Below, piece after piece: positions 1 through 9,949 of a DNA stretch of 64,000 nucleotides. The DNA is taken from positions 928,001 through 992,000 of the forward strand of contig CAWGED010000005.1 in the NCBI GenBank assembly GCA_963821525.1, read 5' to 3'. The stretch is from an uncultured Gemmatimonadales bacterium (GTDB taxonomy: Bacteria > Gemmatimonadota > Gemmatimonadetes > Gemmatimonadales > GWC2-71-9). The notes below the pieces were generated by a model that was given only the letters and a program-made list of their open reading frames with translations, ran no database searches and had not been told where the DNA came from. A program made the translations under genes and the position numbers. Within the stretch, counting starts at the first letter, position 1. Each line of letters starts with the position of its first letter.

Positions 1-2
1 TG

Positions 3-1097
3 ATCGAGGCCCGCCTGGTCAACCTCAACGACGCCGAGCCGCGGGATGACTCTCGGCTCTGGTTGCTGCGCATCGCCCCGACCCCGGGCGTGGTCCTTAT
101 TGCGAGCCCGGGAGACTGGGATGCCCGGTTTCTCTATCGCTCCATTCGAGATGTCGCGCAGCTCCCGGTTCGCGGCTACGTCCGGCTCGAGGCGGGAAGC
201 TGGCGGGCCATGGAAACCCTGGCCCCGGCCTCGAGCGAAGATGTGGCGCAGAGCGCCAGGCGCGCCGACCTGCTGGTCATCAAGGGAAGCGCCCCGGAGT
301 TGATGCGAAACAGCCGGGCGCGCGGAATGTGGCTCTGGCCCAGCGGAGAAACCGGTGAGGCCATGATAGCCGCCGACTGGTACGTGTCGGCGGGCGTCGC
401 ATCGCCTATCGCAGGAGCGCTGGTCGGACTGCCGGTGGATTCGTTCCCTCCGTTGAGCGCAATCACTCCGATCGAGCCGGGCCCCGCCGACTGGGTTGCA
501 CTCACGGTTCAGGAGAGCCGCCGTGGAGCCGAGCGGCCGGTGTTCACCGGCAGTCAAACCGGATCAACCCGGCGAGTGCTGACGGCGGCAGACGGGCTTT
601 GGCGCTGGGCGTTCCGCGGCGGGTCGAGCGAGCAGGGCTACCGCTCACTCGTCGCAGCGACGGTGAGCTGGCTCCTCGGCGCCGCCGATTCGACCGGCGC
701 TAAGGCGAAGCCGGTGCGCACCGTTGTAGCCAACGCGCGGCCGCTCGTGTTCGAGTGGAGCGGCGCCGGAGGCCCTCAGCCACTCGCGGTGCAGTTCAGC
801 GACTCGGCAGGGCAACGCAGCGACACCCTGCGGTTCGATGGCTCCGGACACGCGGAAGTCAGACTCCCCGTCGGTACCTACCACTACAGGCTCGAGGGCT
901 CGGGCGAAGGCACCGTCGCCGTGGAGCAGTACTCCGACGAATGGTTGCCCCGGACCGTCGCCCTCCAGGAGCACCCGGTCTCGGGGAAATCGGCCAACGC
1001 TTCCACCAGTGCTCGCCAATGGCTGTGGTTGTTCGGCCTCTGCATCACGGGGCTGGCGGGAGAGTGGTGGACGAGGCGGAGGTTGGGGTTGAGGTAA
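3..1097 (+). CDS. Hypothetical membrane-anchored protein, 5' end outside window
   Basis: Frame is open from base 3 to TAA at 1095-1097. C-terminus LWLFGLCITGLAGEWWTRRRLGLR is a TM helix plus EWxxRR tail, as seen in vWA/glutamine-amidotransferase-like membrane proteins. Confidence 0.7.
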   Translation: MEARLVNLNDAEPRDDSRLWLLRIAPTPGVVLIASPGDWDARFLYRSIRDVAQLPVRGYVRLEAGSWRAMETLAPASSEDVAQSARRADLLVIKGSAPELMRNSRARGMWLWPSGETGEAMIAADWYVSAGVASPIAGALVGLPVDSFPPLSAITPIEPGPADWVALTVQESRRGAERPVFTGSQTGSTRRVLTAADGLWRWAFRGGSSEQGYRSLVAATVSWLLGAADSTGAKAKPVRTVVANARPLVFEWSGAGGPQPLAVQFSDSAGQRSDTLRFDGSGHAEVRLPVGTYHYRLEGSGEGTVAVEQYSDEWLPRTVALQEHPVSGKSANASTSARQWLWLFGLCITGLAGEWWTRRRLGLR

Positions 1098-1100
1098 TCA

Positions 1101-1296
1101 GGGAGACGGGAGACGGAAGACGGGAGAGGTGAGACGGGGCGAAGCGTGACACCTCATCCCGAGGAGGAGACGAGGGACCTAACCTCCCGACTTTGGCGCC
1201 AAGGTCAGGATAGTAGGCTCCTCTCGCTCCGCTCTGGCTGCGGTAGTCCTTCTCAGCTTCTCACTTCTGTACTCCCGTCTCCCGTCTCCCATCTCC
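1101..1296. repeat. Inverted heptamer tandem-repeat element (GGGAGAC)n ... (GTCTCCC)n
   Basis: gggagacgggagacggaagacgggaga at 1101 and the complementary ctcccgtctcccgtctcccatctcc ending at 1296 flank a ~130-nt core. Confidence 0.8.
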
Positions 1297-1318
1297 AACC
1301 CGCTTAGATTTGCGCACC

Positions 1319-2240
1319 ATGCCCACTGGAAGAATCGGGGACGCCCCCAAGCTCGGCCTCTGGAGCCGGATCAAACGCATCGCGACCACGGATGTGGGCG
1401 CGCTCATGCGCGGGATGAATGCGGCCGATCTCGAGGCGATGGAGCGGGTGCTGCTGGAGGCGGATTTCGGAGTCAAGGCGACGGTCGAGCTTACCCAGGC
1501 GCTGGAAGACCAGGTGCGCCGTGGTTCGCTCAAGACCGAGAATGACCTGCGCCGCGAGTTGACCGAACGGATCGCCGGGTTGCTGGCCGGCCCGCCCAAT
1601 CCGGAGCGAATCGCCGTCGGAGATGGCGCCGGGTCCCACGGTGGTTCTCTTCATCGGCGTCAACGGGGTGGGGAAGACGACCAGTGTCGCCAAGCTGGCG
1701 CGTCGTCTCACCAAGGAAGGACGCAAGGTGCTGCTGGCCGCGGCCGACACCTACCGGGCCGGCGCAATTCCTCAGCTCCAGGCCTGGGGCGATCGGCTCA
1801 AGATCCCAACCGTTTCAGGCGCGCCGGGTGGCGATCCCGCCGCCGTGGCCTTCGACGCGATCGAGGCAGCCGACAAGCGGGGCAGCGACACTCTCCTCAT
1901 CGATACGGCGGGACGACTCCACACCCAGGAAGGGCTGATGGACGAGCTCCGCAAGGTGGTCCGGGTGATCGCCCGCCGTCGCCCCGGCGCCCCGCACGAG
2001 ACCCTCCTCGTCCTCGATGCCACGGTGGGACAGAACGCGGTGCAGCAGGGCAAACTCTTTCAGAAAGCCGTCGAGCCTACCGGCATCATCGTGACCAAGC
2101 TGGATGGAACCGCCCGCGGCGGCGCGCTCGTGGCCCTGCGGCGCGAGCTCGACCTCCCCATCCGCTTCCTCGGCGTCGGGGAACAGGCCGAGGATCTTGA
2201 GCCGTTTGATCCCGGCGTACGCGGAACGGTTGTTGAGTGA
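1319..2240 (+). CDS. ftsY: SRP-docking GTPase FtsY (frameshifts near 1635 and 2215)
   Basis: LLEADFGV NG domain, GVNGVGKTT, DTYRAGA, DTAGRLHT, TKLDGTARGG motifs across two frames. Confidence 0.95.
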
Positions 2241-2356
2241 GAGTACTGAGTACTGAGTACCTAGTACCAGCCAGGTTTGATGAGCCGATATCAGTGCCCG
2301 CCATCAGATTCTACTCGACGCAGTTGTCCTCGGTACTCGGTACTCGGTACTCTACT
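2241..2356. repeat. Inverted heptamer tandem-repeat element (GAGTACT)n ... (GGTACTC)n
   Basis: gagtactgagtactgagtacctagtacc and cggtactcggtactcggtactc lie between the ftsY stop and the recG start. Confidence 0.8.
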
Positions 2357-2357
2357 G

Positions 2358-4421
2358 ATGTCCCTCCGCCTCGACACCCCCGTCAAATTCCTGAAGGGCA
2401 TCGGGGAACGGCGGGCCGAGGCGTTCGCGAGGCTCGGGGTGCACACGGCGGGAGACCTGCTGTGGCACATCCCCTTCCGCTATCTCGATGCATCCACCAT
2501 CACACCGCTGGCCAAGGCCCGAGTAGGAGACGAAGTCGCCTGCATCGGGCGGGTCGTGGCCAAACGGTTGCTGCCGACCCGGCGCGGGCTCCGGATCTTC
2601 CACGCGGTCCTGAAAGACGAGAGCGGTCTGCTCGAGTGTGCCTGGCCCGGTCAGGCCTTTCTCGATCGCACTATCGAAGTCGGACAGACCCTTCTGGTCT
2701 CCGGCACGGTCCGCTTCTATCACGGACGCCAGCTCGCCCCGCGAGAGTTCGTCATCCTGGCCGATCAGGACTCGGACGGCGATGAATCGCTCGGCGGCCG
2801 GGTGCTTCCGGTCTATCCCGCCACCGAAGGGCTGAGCCACAAGACGATCCGGGGGTTGGTCAACCGGCATCTCGATGAGTTGGTCAGCCTCGCACCGGAC
2901 GTTCTTCCGGAGACGCTGCGAGGGGACGGGGTTCCGTCGCTGCCCGAGGCGCTCGAGGCGGTTCACCGCCCCGACTCTCTCGAGCACGCCGAACTCGGGC
3001 GGCGCCGTCTCGCCTTCGATGAACTGCTGGATCTGCAACTGATGCTCGCCCGGGCCCGGCTCATCGCAAAGCGAGGACGGAGCGGCGTAGCCTTTCAGAT
3101 CCGGCACGACCTCACCCGTGGTCTGGCGCAGTCGCTTCCCTGGAAGCTGACCGCCGATCAGAAGCGTGCCATCCGTGAGATCACTGCCGACATGACCTCG
3201 CCGGAACGAATGCACCGGATCCTCATGGGCGACGTGGGGACCGGGAAGACGGTCGTGGCCTTGTTTGCCATGCTGCTCGCTCTGGAGAACGGCTACCAGG
3301 CGGCTCTCATGGCCCCGACCGAGTTGCTGGCCGAACAGCATGCCGTAACCCTCACCGAGCTGCTCGCGCCTTTGCGGATTCGACCCGAGCTTCTCCTGGG
3401 TCGTCTTACCAACGCCGAGAAGGCCGATCGGCGGAGCCGGCTGTCCAACGGCAGTCTCCGGCTGGTGGTGGGCACCCATGCGCTGGTTCAGGAGAGCGTG
3501 TCCTTCCAGCGCCTGGGTCTGGTGGTGATCGACGAGCAGCACCGCTTCGGCGTCGAGCAGCGGGCGGCGCTGGTCGCAAAAGGCGCGGCACCCGATGTAC
3601 TGCTACTCACTGCGACTCCGATCCCTCGTTCGCTCGCCCTCACCCGGTTCGGAGATCTCGATCTCTCCGCCATCAAGACCCGTCCGCCAGGCCGTGGCAA
3701 GGTCAAGACCGGCGTACGCACCGCGAAACAGCGGGATCAGGCGTTCGCATTTGTGCGGGAGCAATGTCTCGCGGGACGTCAGGCCTACGTCGTGTTGCCG
3801 GTCATCGAGGAAACGGAGCGGGCCGACTTGAGGGCCGCGACCACCATGGCCGAGCTGTTGAAGCAGAAGTGGTCTGACGTGACGGTGGGACTGGTACACG
3901 GCCGGCTCAAGCCGGAAGAGCGGGACCTCGAGATGCGGCGCTTCCGCGCCGGCGAGATCCAGGTACTGGTGGCCACGACGGTCATCGAGGTCGGTATCGA
4001 CGTGCCGAACGCCACCGTGATGCTCATTGAGCACCCGGAGCGGTTCGGCCTCGCCCAACTTCACCAGCTGAGAGGGAGAGTTGGTCGCGGATCGTCCGAG
4101 AGCTTCTGCATCCTCCTCACCGACGGCTCGCCAGCACCTCGGCTCAAGGCCTTCGCCGCGACCGAAGATGGATTCAAGATCGCCGAGCTGGACCTCCAGG
4201 AGCGGAAGATGGGGGACCTGATCGGCGCTCGTCAGGCAGGGAGCTTCGACCTGAAGCTTGCGCGGTTACCGGACGACGGGGACTTGCTGGAACAGACGAT
4301 GGAAATTGCGAGGACTATTCTGGAAGGAGACCCGTTGCTGGTCCAGAAACGTCACGCCGCGTTGAAGCAGCGGGCGTTGGGGCGGTATCCGAGGGCGGTG
4401 GAGTTGTTTCGGACGGGATGA
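2358..4421 (+). CDS. recG: ATP-dependent DNA helicase RecG
   Basis: GDVGTGKT, APTELLAEQH, DEQHRFGV, TATPIPRS, ATTVIEVGIDVPNAT, LHQLRGRVGRG. Start placed at MSLRLDTP. Confidence 0.97.
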   Translation: MSLRLDTPVKFLKGIGERRAEAFARLGVHTAGDLLWHIPFRYLDASTITPLAKARVGDEVACIGRVVAKRLLPTRRGLRIFHAVLKDESGLLECAWPGQAFLDRTIEVGQTLLVSGTVRFYHGRQLAPREFVILADQDSDGDESLGGRVLPVYPATEGLSHKTIRGLVNRHLDELVSLAPDVLPETLRGDGVPSLPEALEAVHRPDSLEHAELGRRRLAFDELLDLQLMLARARLIAKRGRSGVAFQIRHDLTRGLAQSLPWKLTADQKRAIREITADMTSPERMHRILMGDVGTGKTVVALFAMLLALENGYQAALMAPTELLAEQHAVTLTELLAPLRIRPELLLGRLTNAEKADRRSRLSNGSLRLVVGTHALVQESVSFQRLGLVVIDEQHRFGVEQRAALVAKGAAPDVLLLTATPIPRSLALTRFGDLDLSAIKTRPPGRGKVKTGVRTAKQRDQAFAFVREQCLAGRQAYVVLPVIEETERADLRAATTMAELLKQKWSDVTVGLVHGRLKPEERDLEMRRFRAGEIQVLVATTVIEVGIDVPNATVMLIEHPERFGLAQLHQLRGRVGRGSSESFCILLTDGSPAPRLKAFAATEDGFKIAELDLQERKMGDLIGARQAGSFDLKLARLPDDGDLLEQTMEIARTILEGDPLLVQKRHAALKQRALGRYPRAVELFRTG

Positions 4422-4578
4422 GGCGGACAGGCGGACAGGGCGGACAGGCGGACGGCGGCACGGAGGCAATGGCAGTCATTGCGGAGCCCGCGCCGTGGAT
4501 CTCGCTGCGGGACGCGGCAATCTCGCGAACTCGGGGGCCTCGCAATGACTCGGTACTCGGTACTCGGTACTCGGTACT
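4421..4578. repeat. Composite repeat: (GGCGGACA)n + GTCATTGCG...CGCAATGAC palindrome + (CGGTACT)n
   Basis: Octamer tandem at 4421-4458, palindrome with 9-bp terminal inverted repeat at 4475-4549, heptamer x4 at 4550-4578. Lies between convergent genes. Confidence 0.8.
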
Positions 4579-4582
4579 AACA

Positions 4583-5083
4583 CTAAAACTCCACCCTAAA
4601 CCCCAGCCTCGTCTGACTCCCCACCACACTCACCTCGGGCTCGAACGGAATGTTCTTCGGAGGATTCTTGGGTCGGGTCAGCTCCCAGACAAACAGCGCG
4701 GCCGAACCGAGTAGAGTCACTTCGCCGCCGTAGAGCCAGAGCGCGGGCCTGGTCGTCGTAGTGGAGTGTGGTCTGGTAGAGATCCTCCGCCACCGGATCC
4801 TCATAGGCGCCATCGGAGCCGCGGGTGCAGCGAGGCGGATCACTGAAGCAGAGCGTCTGGAGATCGTCGTAGCTCTCGTCGGCCTTGTCGTGGGTCGTCG
4901 CCGCCTTGATGCTCATCCCGGCCGCAAGTCCCAACAAAAGGAACTTGCCGTACTTCACGTAGAACGGTGACGAGTGGTGGTACAGGGTGTCCGCGGCGCT
5001 TGCGCCGCCAGCGGAGCGGTAAAGCCGAGCGTCACCGCGGCAAGCAGAGCGACAAGCAGACAGCGACTCCCCGGGCATCTCAT
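4583..5083 (-). CDS. Hypothetical exported/membrane protein (frameshifted)
   Basis: Signal peptide MRCPGSRCLLVALLAAVTLGFTAPLAAQ overlaps the upstream stop. Continues in ORFs 4596-5138 and 4583-4843 and ends in LGFRVEF. Confidence 0.6.
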
Positions 5084-6179
5084 ATGCTGAATCGGGAGAG
5101 TTGCCCTTCGGCGCCGACACCGAAGACAGTCGAGTCATTCATCAGAAAGGGCGCCACCTCGACCGGGCGACCGACATGAACTTTCCATGCCTCGGCCCCG
5201 GTGGAATCGATCGCATGGATATCACCATCCGCCGCTCCCACAAGAATCCAGTTCTTCAGGAAGACCGGCTCGGTCGTGACCGGCATGTCGAGCGCTGCGA
5301 TGCGGTCCAGGGTCGGTTCGCCGCTGAGCAGGACGCGATAGATCGAGCCGATCCGGGTCACGACGATCAACGTATCTCCCCGCAAGGCCGGAGACTGCAG
5401 CACGGGCGCATCCACCCGGAGCCGCCATTCGGTGCGGAGAGTCGCACGGTCTACTGCGATAATCGCCGAGTCGGCGGTGACGCCGATGACCTGGCTGTCC
5501 CGTTCGACCCATTCGGTGACCAGAATCCCCGGCGAGCGGACGTGGGCAGTCACGTGCCCGTTTCGCCGCTCGACCAGGAACAGAGAATCCAGTGAGGCCA
5601 CCAGGAGGTTTTGCTGGTCCGCCGCTACCGGCGGCACCCGAGTCCTGCCAAGGTGGGTGCGCCACTGGATCTTGCCCTTGTCCGGGTCGAGTGCCAGCAA
5701 CGTCCCCTCGCGATTCATCACGAACAACTGACCATCGATCAGGCGAAGTGGAACGTCGACGTATCCCGTCCCCGTGGTCCACTCCTTCCCTCCGCTGGTC
5801 GGATGGATTGCGTGGACCTGCCCTCCTGGCTGATCGGTCGCGGCATAGACTAATGTCGGAGAGCGCAGGACTCCCGCATTCCCGGGCCCGGAGAGCCGGA
5901 CCACCCAGCGATTCTTACCCGACGCGAGGTCCACCGCGGTGAGCCGCCGGTCGGTACCGGTGACGTAAATGCAAAGACTGTCCACGGCCAGCGGTCCGCT
6001 GGGCCCCCGCACCGAATGGCGGCTCCAGACCTGAGTGAGCGGTGTGTTGACCACGGGGACCGGCATCGAGAGCGTGGGAGGCGTAAAATCCGGTTCGGGG
6101 CGATATCCAGCCGCAGCCCGCGTTGACGCTCCCTACCAGCAGCGCTAGACTCCACGCCCCCAACCGAACTCGTTTCCAT
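5080..6179 (-). CDS. PQQ-like beta-propeller lipoprotein (BamB-like), N-terminus frameshifted
   Basis: Repeated AxDxxxGKxxW motifs. Lipoprotein-like KRVRLGAWSLALLVGSVNAGCG in the adjacent frame near 6100-6178. Confidence 0.8.
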
Positions 6180-6196
6180 CCTTCAGCCGAACGCTC

Positions 6197-7492
6197 ATGA
6201 CGATTGCCCGGATCGAGGATCTGAAACTGCACGTCGGCCAGCCGGTGACGGTAAATGGCTGGGTGACCACGACCCGTTCCAGCGGCAAGATCGCCTTCGT
6301 CGTCCTGCGCGACGGGAGCGGTTTGGTTCAATGCGTTCTGGCCAAGAAGGAAGTCCCGGAAGAGTCCTGGAATCGCTTCCAGGCCCTTACGCAGGAGACC
6401 AGTGTTGCCGCGACCGGCATCGTGCGGGAGGACGCGCGCAGTCCTGGTGGCTTCGAGTTGCAGCTGTCGCAGATTGAGATCCTGGGAACGAGCGTGGATT
6501 ATCCCATCACTCCTAAAGAGCATGGGACGAGTTACCTCTTCGAGCATAGACACCTCTGGCTCCGGAGCTCACGCCAGACCGCCATCGCGCGGGTGCGGCA
6601 CGAAGTCATCCAGGCCATCCGGGACTTCTTCTACAATAACGGCTTTACGCTGGTCGATACCCCGATCCTGACCGGGTCAATCGGGGAGCAGGCCGGTGAA
6701 CTGTTCAGTACCGACTACTTCGATTTGGGCAAGGCTTATCTCGCACAGACCGGGCAGCTCTATGTAGAAGCCGCCGCCGCGGCGCTCGGCAAGGTCTACT
6801 GCTTCGGCCCCACCTTCCGTGCGGAAAAGTCCAAGACTCGCCGGCACCTCACCGAGTTCTGGATGGTCGAGCCCGAAGTCGCGTTCAACGATTCCGATGC
6901 CAACATGAGGCTCCAGGAGCAGTTCATCAGCTACATCGTCGAACGGGCCCTGGAACGGCGCCAGGAGGAGCTCAAGCTGCTGGAGCGCGATACGGCGCCT
7001 CTGGAAAAGATCAGTCCGCCATTCCCCAGGATTTCCTACACCGATGGGGTTGCCCGGCTCAACTCGCTGGGTTCGGACATGCAATGGGGCGCAGACCTGG
7101 GTGGCGACGACGAGACCACCCTGGCGAAGGAACATGAGAAGCCCCTGCTGGTCTTCAACTACCCGAAGCAGGTCAAAGCCTTCTACATGAAGGAAAATCC
7201 CGACGATCCCCGGACCGTGCTCAACAACGACTGTCTGGCGCCGGAAGGCTACGGCGAGATCATCGGCGGCTCACAGCGCGAGGACAATTACGACCGCCTG
7301 CTCGCCCGGATCAAGGAACAGGGACTCGACCCGGATGCCTACCGTTGGTACCTCGATTTGAGGAAATACGGAACCTTCGTCCACTCCGGCTTCGGACTCG
7401 GCGTCGAGCGGACCGTTGCATGGATCTGCGGCGTGCCGCACGTGAGAGAGTGTATCGCGTTTCCGCGGCAGGTGCATCGTATTTACCCGTAG
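6197..7492 (+). CDS. asnS: Asparagine--tRNA ligase
   Basis: OB-fold LRDGSG, FGPTFRAEKSKTRRHLTEFWMVEPE, GEIIGGSQRE, HSGFGLGVER. Confidence 0.97.
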   Translation: MTIARIEDLKLHVGQPVTVNGWVTTTRSSGKIAFVVLRDGSGLVQCVLAKKEVPEESWNRFQALTQETSVAATGIVREDARSPGGFELQLSQIEILGTSVDYPITPKEHGTSYLFEHRHLWLRSSRQTAIARVRHEVIQAIRDFFYNNGFTLVDTPILTGSIGEQAGELFSTDYFDLGKAYLAQTGQLYVEAAAAALGKVYCFGPTFRAEKSKTRRHLTEFWMVEPEVAFNDSDANMRLQEQFISYIVERALERRQEELKLLERDTAPLEKISPPFPRISYTDGVARLNSLGSDMQWGADLGGDDETTLAKEHEKPLLVFNYPKQVKAFYMKENPDDPRTVLNNDCLAPEGYGEIIGGSQREDNYDRLLARIKEQGLDPDAYRWYLDLRKYGTFVHSGFGLGVERTVAWICGVPHVRECIAFPRQVHRIYP

Positions 7493-7496
7493 GCCA

Positions 7497-7649
7497 TGGC
7501 CGACGGTGAGCTCGCCGTCAGCCGTCAGCCGTCAGCCGTTAGCCGTTAGCTATTAGCTGTTAGCTGTTAGTCCCCACTACCCACCACCCACTACCCACAA
7601 CCCCTCTCACTGCTCACCCTTCTCCCCGTCTCCCGTCTCCCGTCTCCCG
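7497..7649. repeat. Stacked heptamer microsatellites (GCCGTCA drifting to GCTGTTA; CCCACTA; CCCGTCT)
   Basis: Seen directly between the convergent asnS and mazG stops. The last block overlaps the mazG 3' end. Confidence 0.8.
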
Positions 7650-8459
7650 CTGTTTCACCTCCTCCCATAACCCGTCCAACACCTCCAGCCCCGCTGTAGA
7701 CATATCGATGCCGCGTTGGGCCGCGAGACGCTCCAGGGCTTCGAACCGGGCGCGGAATTTTCGGTTGGCGCGGTCCAGCGCTGTGTGAGGCTGCACTCGA
7801 AGCTTCCGCGCCAGATTCACGACCGCGAATAGCAAATCACCGATTTCGTCGGTTATCTCATCTGATGCTGGTGGATTCACAGGTTCGGGTGGCGTCGGGT
7901 CGGACGGGGCGGACGAAGCTGTTACGTCCGTCCTGTCCGTCCTGCCCGCCCCGACCGCCGCCTCCACTTCTTCTAACTCTTCCCGCACCTTCACCATCGG
8001 CCCCGCCGCATCCGGCCAGTCGAACCCAACGGTCGCCGCGCGCTCCTGGAGGCGATAGGCCAGCAGAAGGCCGGGCAGAGCAGAGGGTAAGCCGGCGAGG
8101 ACGCCGTTCGGATTCTCCCGCCGCTTCAGGGCTCCCCAATTGGTCGGTGGTCCCAGATCGAAGAGATGAGGGTGACGCCGCTTCATCTTCTTCTCGAGGT
8201 CGTCGGCGATTTGATCGGCGGTGAATTCGTCGTGCTCGTCTGCGAGGACAAGCTGCCAGGCCAGATGGAGCAGCAAGTCAGCGACCTCGTCCCTGATCGC
8301 AGCGCGATCGTTGTCGCTCAAGGCCTGGTCCAGCTCGAAGACCTCTTCGACCAGGTAAGGCCGGAGAGTCTCCCGGGTCTGGACCCGGTCCCATGGGCAC
8401 CGCCGGCGAAGGTCTTGAACCATCGCGACAGCACGTCCAAGCGCTGAATTCTCTTGCAT
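7614..8459 (-). CDS. mazG: Nucleoside triphosphate pyrophosphohydrolase MazG
   Basis: CPWDRVQT, EEVFE, RRHPHLF, GFDWPD, EIGDLLFAVVNLAR, ANRKFRARF. Confidence 0.93.
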   Translation of the reverse strand: MQENSALGRAVAMVQDLRRRCPWDRVQTRETLRPYLVEEVFELDQALSDNDRAAIRDEVADLLLHLAWQLVLADEHDEFTADQIADDLEKKMKRRHPHLFDLGPPTNWGALKRRENPNGVLAGLPSALPGLLLAYRLQERAATVGFDWPDAAGPMVKVREELEEVEAAVGAGRTDRTDVTASSAPSDPTPPEPVNPPASDEITDEIGDLLFAVVNLARKLRVQPHTALDRANRKFRARFEALERLAAQRGIDMSTAGLEVLDGLWEEVKQRETGDGRRGEG

Positions 8460-8500
8460 TTATCCTCCTTGCCCGATAGAATACCCGCCGGCCAAGAACG

Positions 8501-9556
8501 ATGTCAATTCCGGACGAGACGGCGCGGGCGTGGGCCGAGATCAGCCTCGACGCCCTGGTCGCCAACGCCCGCACGGTGGCCGGAGTTTCCGGCGCCCGCC
8601 TGCTCCCCATGGTCAAAGCGAACGGCTACGGCCTCGGTGCGCCGATGGTGGCCCGGGCGCTCGAGGCGGTCGACCCGTGGGGTTTCGGTGTCGCCACGGT
8701 AGAGGAAGGAACCTCACTTCGCGCCGCCGGCATCATACGACCGATTCTGGTCTTCGCACCGCTCACTCCCCGTCTCATCCCGCGATACCTGGCTCAGGAC
8801 CTTCGACCTGCGATAAGTGATCTTCAGTCGCTGGACGCATGGATCGGCACGGGCAACAGCCCATTTCATGTGGAAATCGATACTGGGATGTCCCGAACCG
8901 GCTTCCGCTGGAATGACGATGCGACCTGGCAGAACCGGCTCCGCAGCGCAGCTGGTTTCGAGGGCATCTTCACCCATTTTCACTCGGCCGAGACCGATCC
9001 GGCATCGGTGGAGGTGCAATGGGGCCGGCTGAGGCAGGTCGTCGGTTCGCTGTCGGGGAAGGGCACTCTGGTCCATGCCGCCAATAGCGCAGCTGCGCTT
9101 CGAGGTCGTGCTTATGCCGGAGATCTCGTACGCCCCGGCATCTTTCTCTACGGAGGAGGAGCGGGAGGCCCGGTTCCTGAACCCGTCGTCAAGCTGCGCA
9201 CTCGGGTCGTAGCGACTCGCCGGATCAACCCTGGCGATACCGTGAGCTACGGCGCCACCTGGACCGCGCCTGGCGAGACCCTGATCGCAACACTCGGAAT
9301 CGGCTACGCCGACGGAGTACCTCGCAGCCTGGGTAATTCCGGCATCGTAGAGTTGAGAGGGAAACTTGCGCCGGTGGTCGGGCGGGTGACCATGGATTAC
9401 ACCATGGTCGCGTGTGAGGGTCCCTGTGCGGTGGGAGATATCGCGACCGTTTACGGTGGACTCGTCTCGCTGGACCAGCAGGCTGAACGCGCGGGGACCA
9501 TTTCCTACGAACTACTCACGTCGATCGGCGCGCGACTGCCGCGCTACTATGTCTGA
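8501..9556 (+). CDS. alr: Alanine racemase
   Basis: VKANGYGLG PLP-lysine motif, DTGMSRTG, HAANSAA, IGYADG, GRVTMD, TISYE. Confidence 0.96.
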   Translation: MSIPDETARAWAEISLDALVANARTVAGVSGARLLPMVKANGYGLGAPMVARALEAVDPWGFGVATVEEGTSLRAAGIIRPILVFAPLTPRLIPRYLAQDLRPAISDLQSLDAWIGTGNSPFHVEIDTGMSRTGFRWNDDATWQNRLRSAAGFEGIFTHFHSAETDPASVEVQWGRLRQVVGSLSGKGTLVHAANSAAALRGRAYAGDLVRPGIFLYGGGAGGPVPEPVVKLRTRVVATRRINPGDTVSYGATWTAPGETLIATLGIGYADGVPRSLGNSGIVELRGKLAPVVGRVTMDYTMVACEGPCAVGDIATVYGGLVSLDQQAERAGTISYELLTSIGARLPRYYV

Positions 9557-9571
9557 GTCACGATCGGAACA

Positions 9572-9823
9572 ATGAACCCTCACTTTGCTTCGCTGGTTAC
9601 CGGCCTGGCCTACCAGGCAGATCAGGCCCTCAACGGAAATGTCCCTCCGCATCCGGGAGGCGAGACGGTCAACCCCCGCGACGTGGCACGCACCCTGATC
9701 GACACGCTGGGGATGCTGGAGGAGAAAACCGCGGGGCAGCTCGACGAGGACGAGTCGAGTTTGCTCGCAAGTGCCCTCACCGCCTTGCGGTTCCGGTTCG
9801 TATCCACGGAGAAGAAGAATTGA
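9572..9823 (+). CDS. DUF1844 family protein
   Basis: ARTLIDTLGMLEEKTAGQLDEDE..LL..AL..LRFRFV pattern. Confidence 0.8.
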   Translation: MNPHFASLVTGLAYQADQALNGNVPPHPGGETVNPRDVARTLIDTLGMLEEKTAGQLDEDESSLLASALTALRFRFVSTEKKN

Positions 9824-9942
9824 GATTGCCGATTGCCGATTGTCGATTAAAAACTGCGGATAAGATTGCTGATTGCCGATTGTCGATTGACAGCGACGGT
9901 CGGTGGATCGCCACCCCAATCGGCAATCGGCAATCGTCAATT
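9824..9942. repeat. Inverted heptamer tandem-repeat element (GATTGCC)n ... (CAATCGG)n
   Basis: Two left blocks of gattgccgattgccgattgtcgatt and a right block caatcggcaatcggcaatcgtcaat. Confidence 0.82.
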
Positions 9943-9949
9943 GACACGC

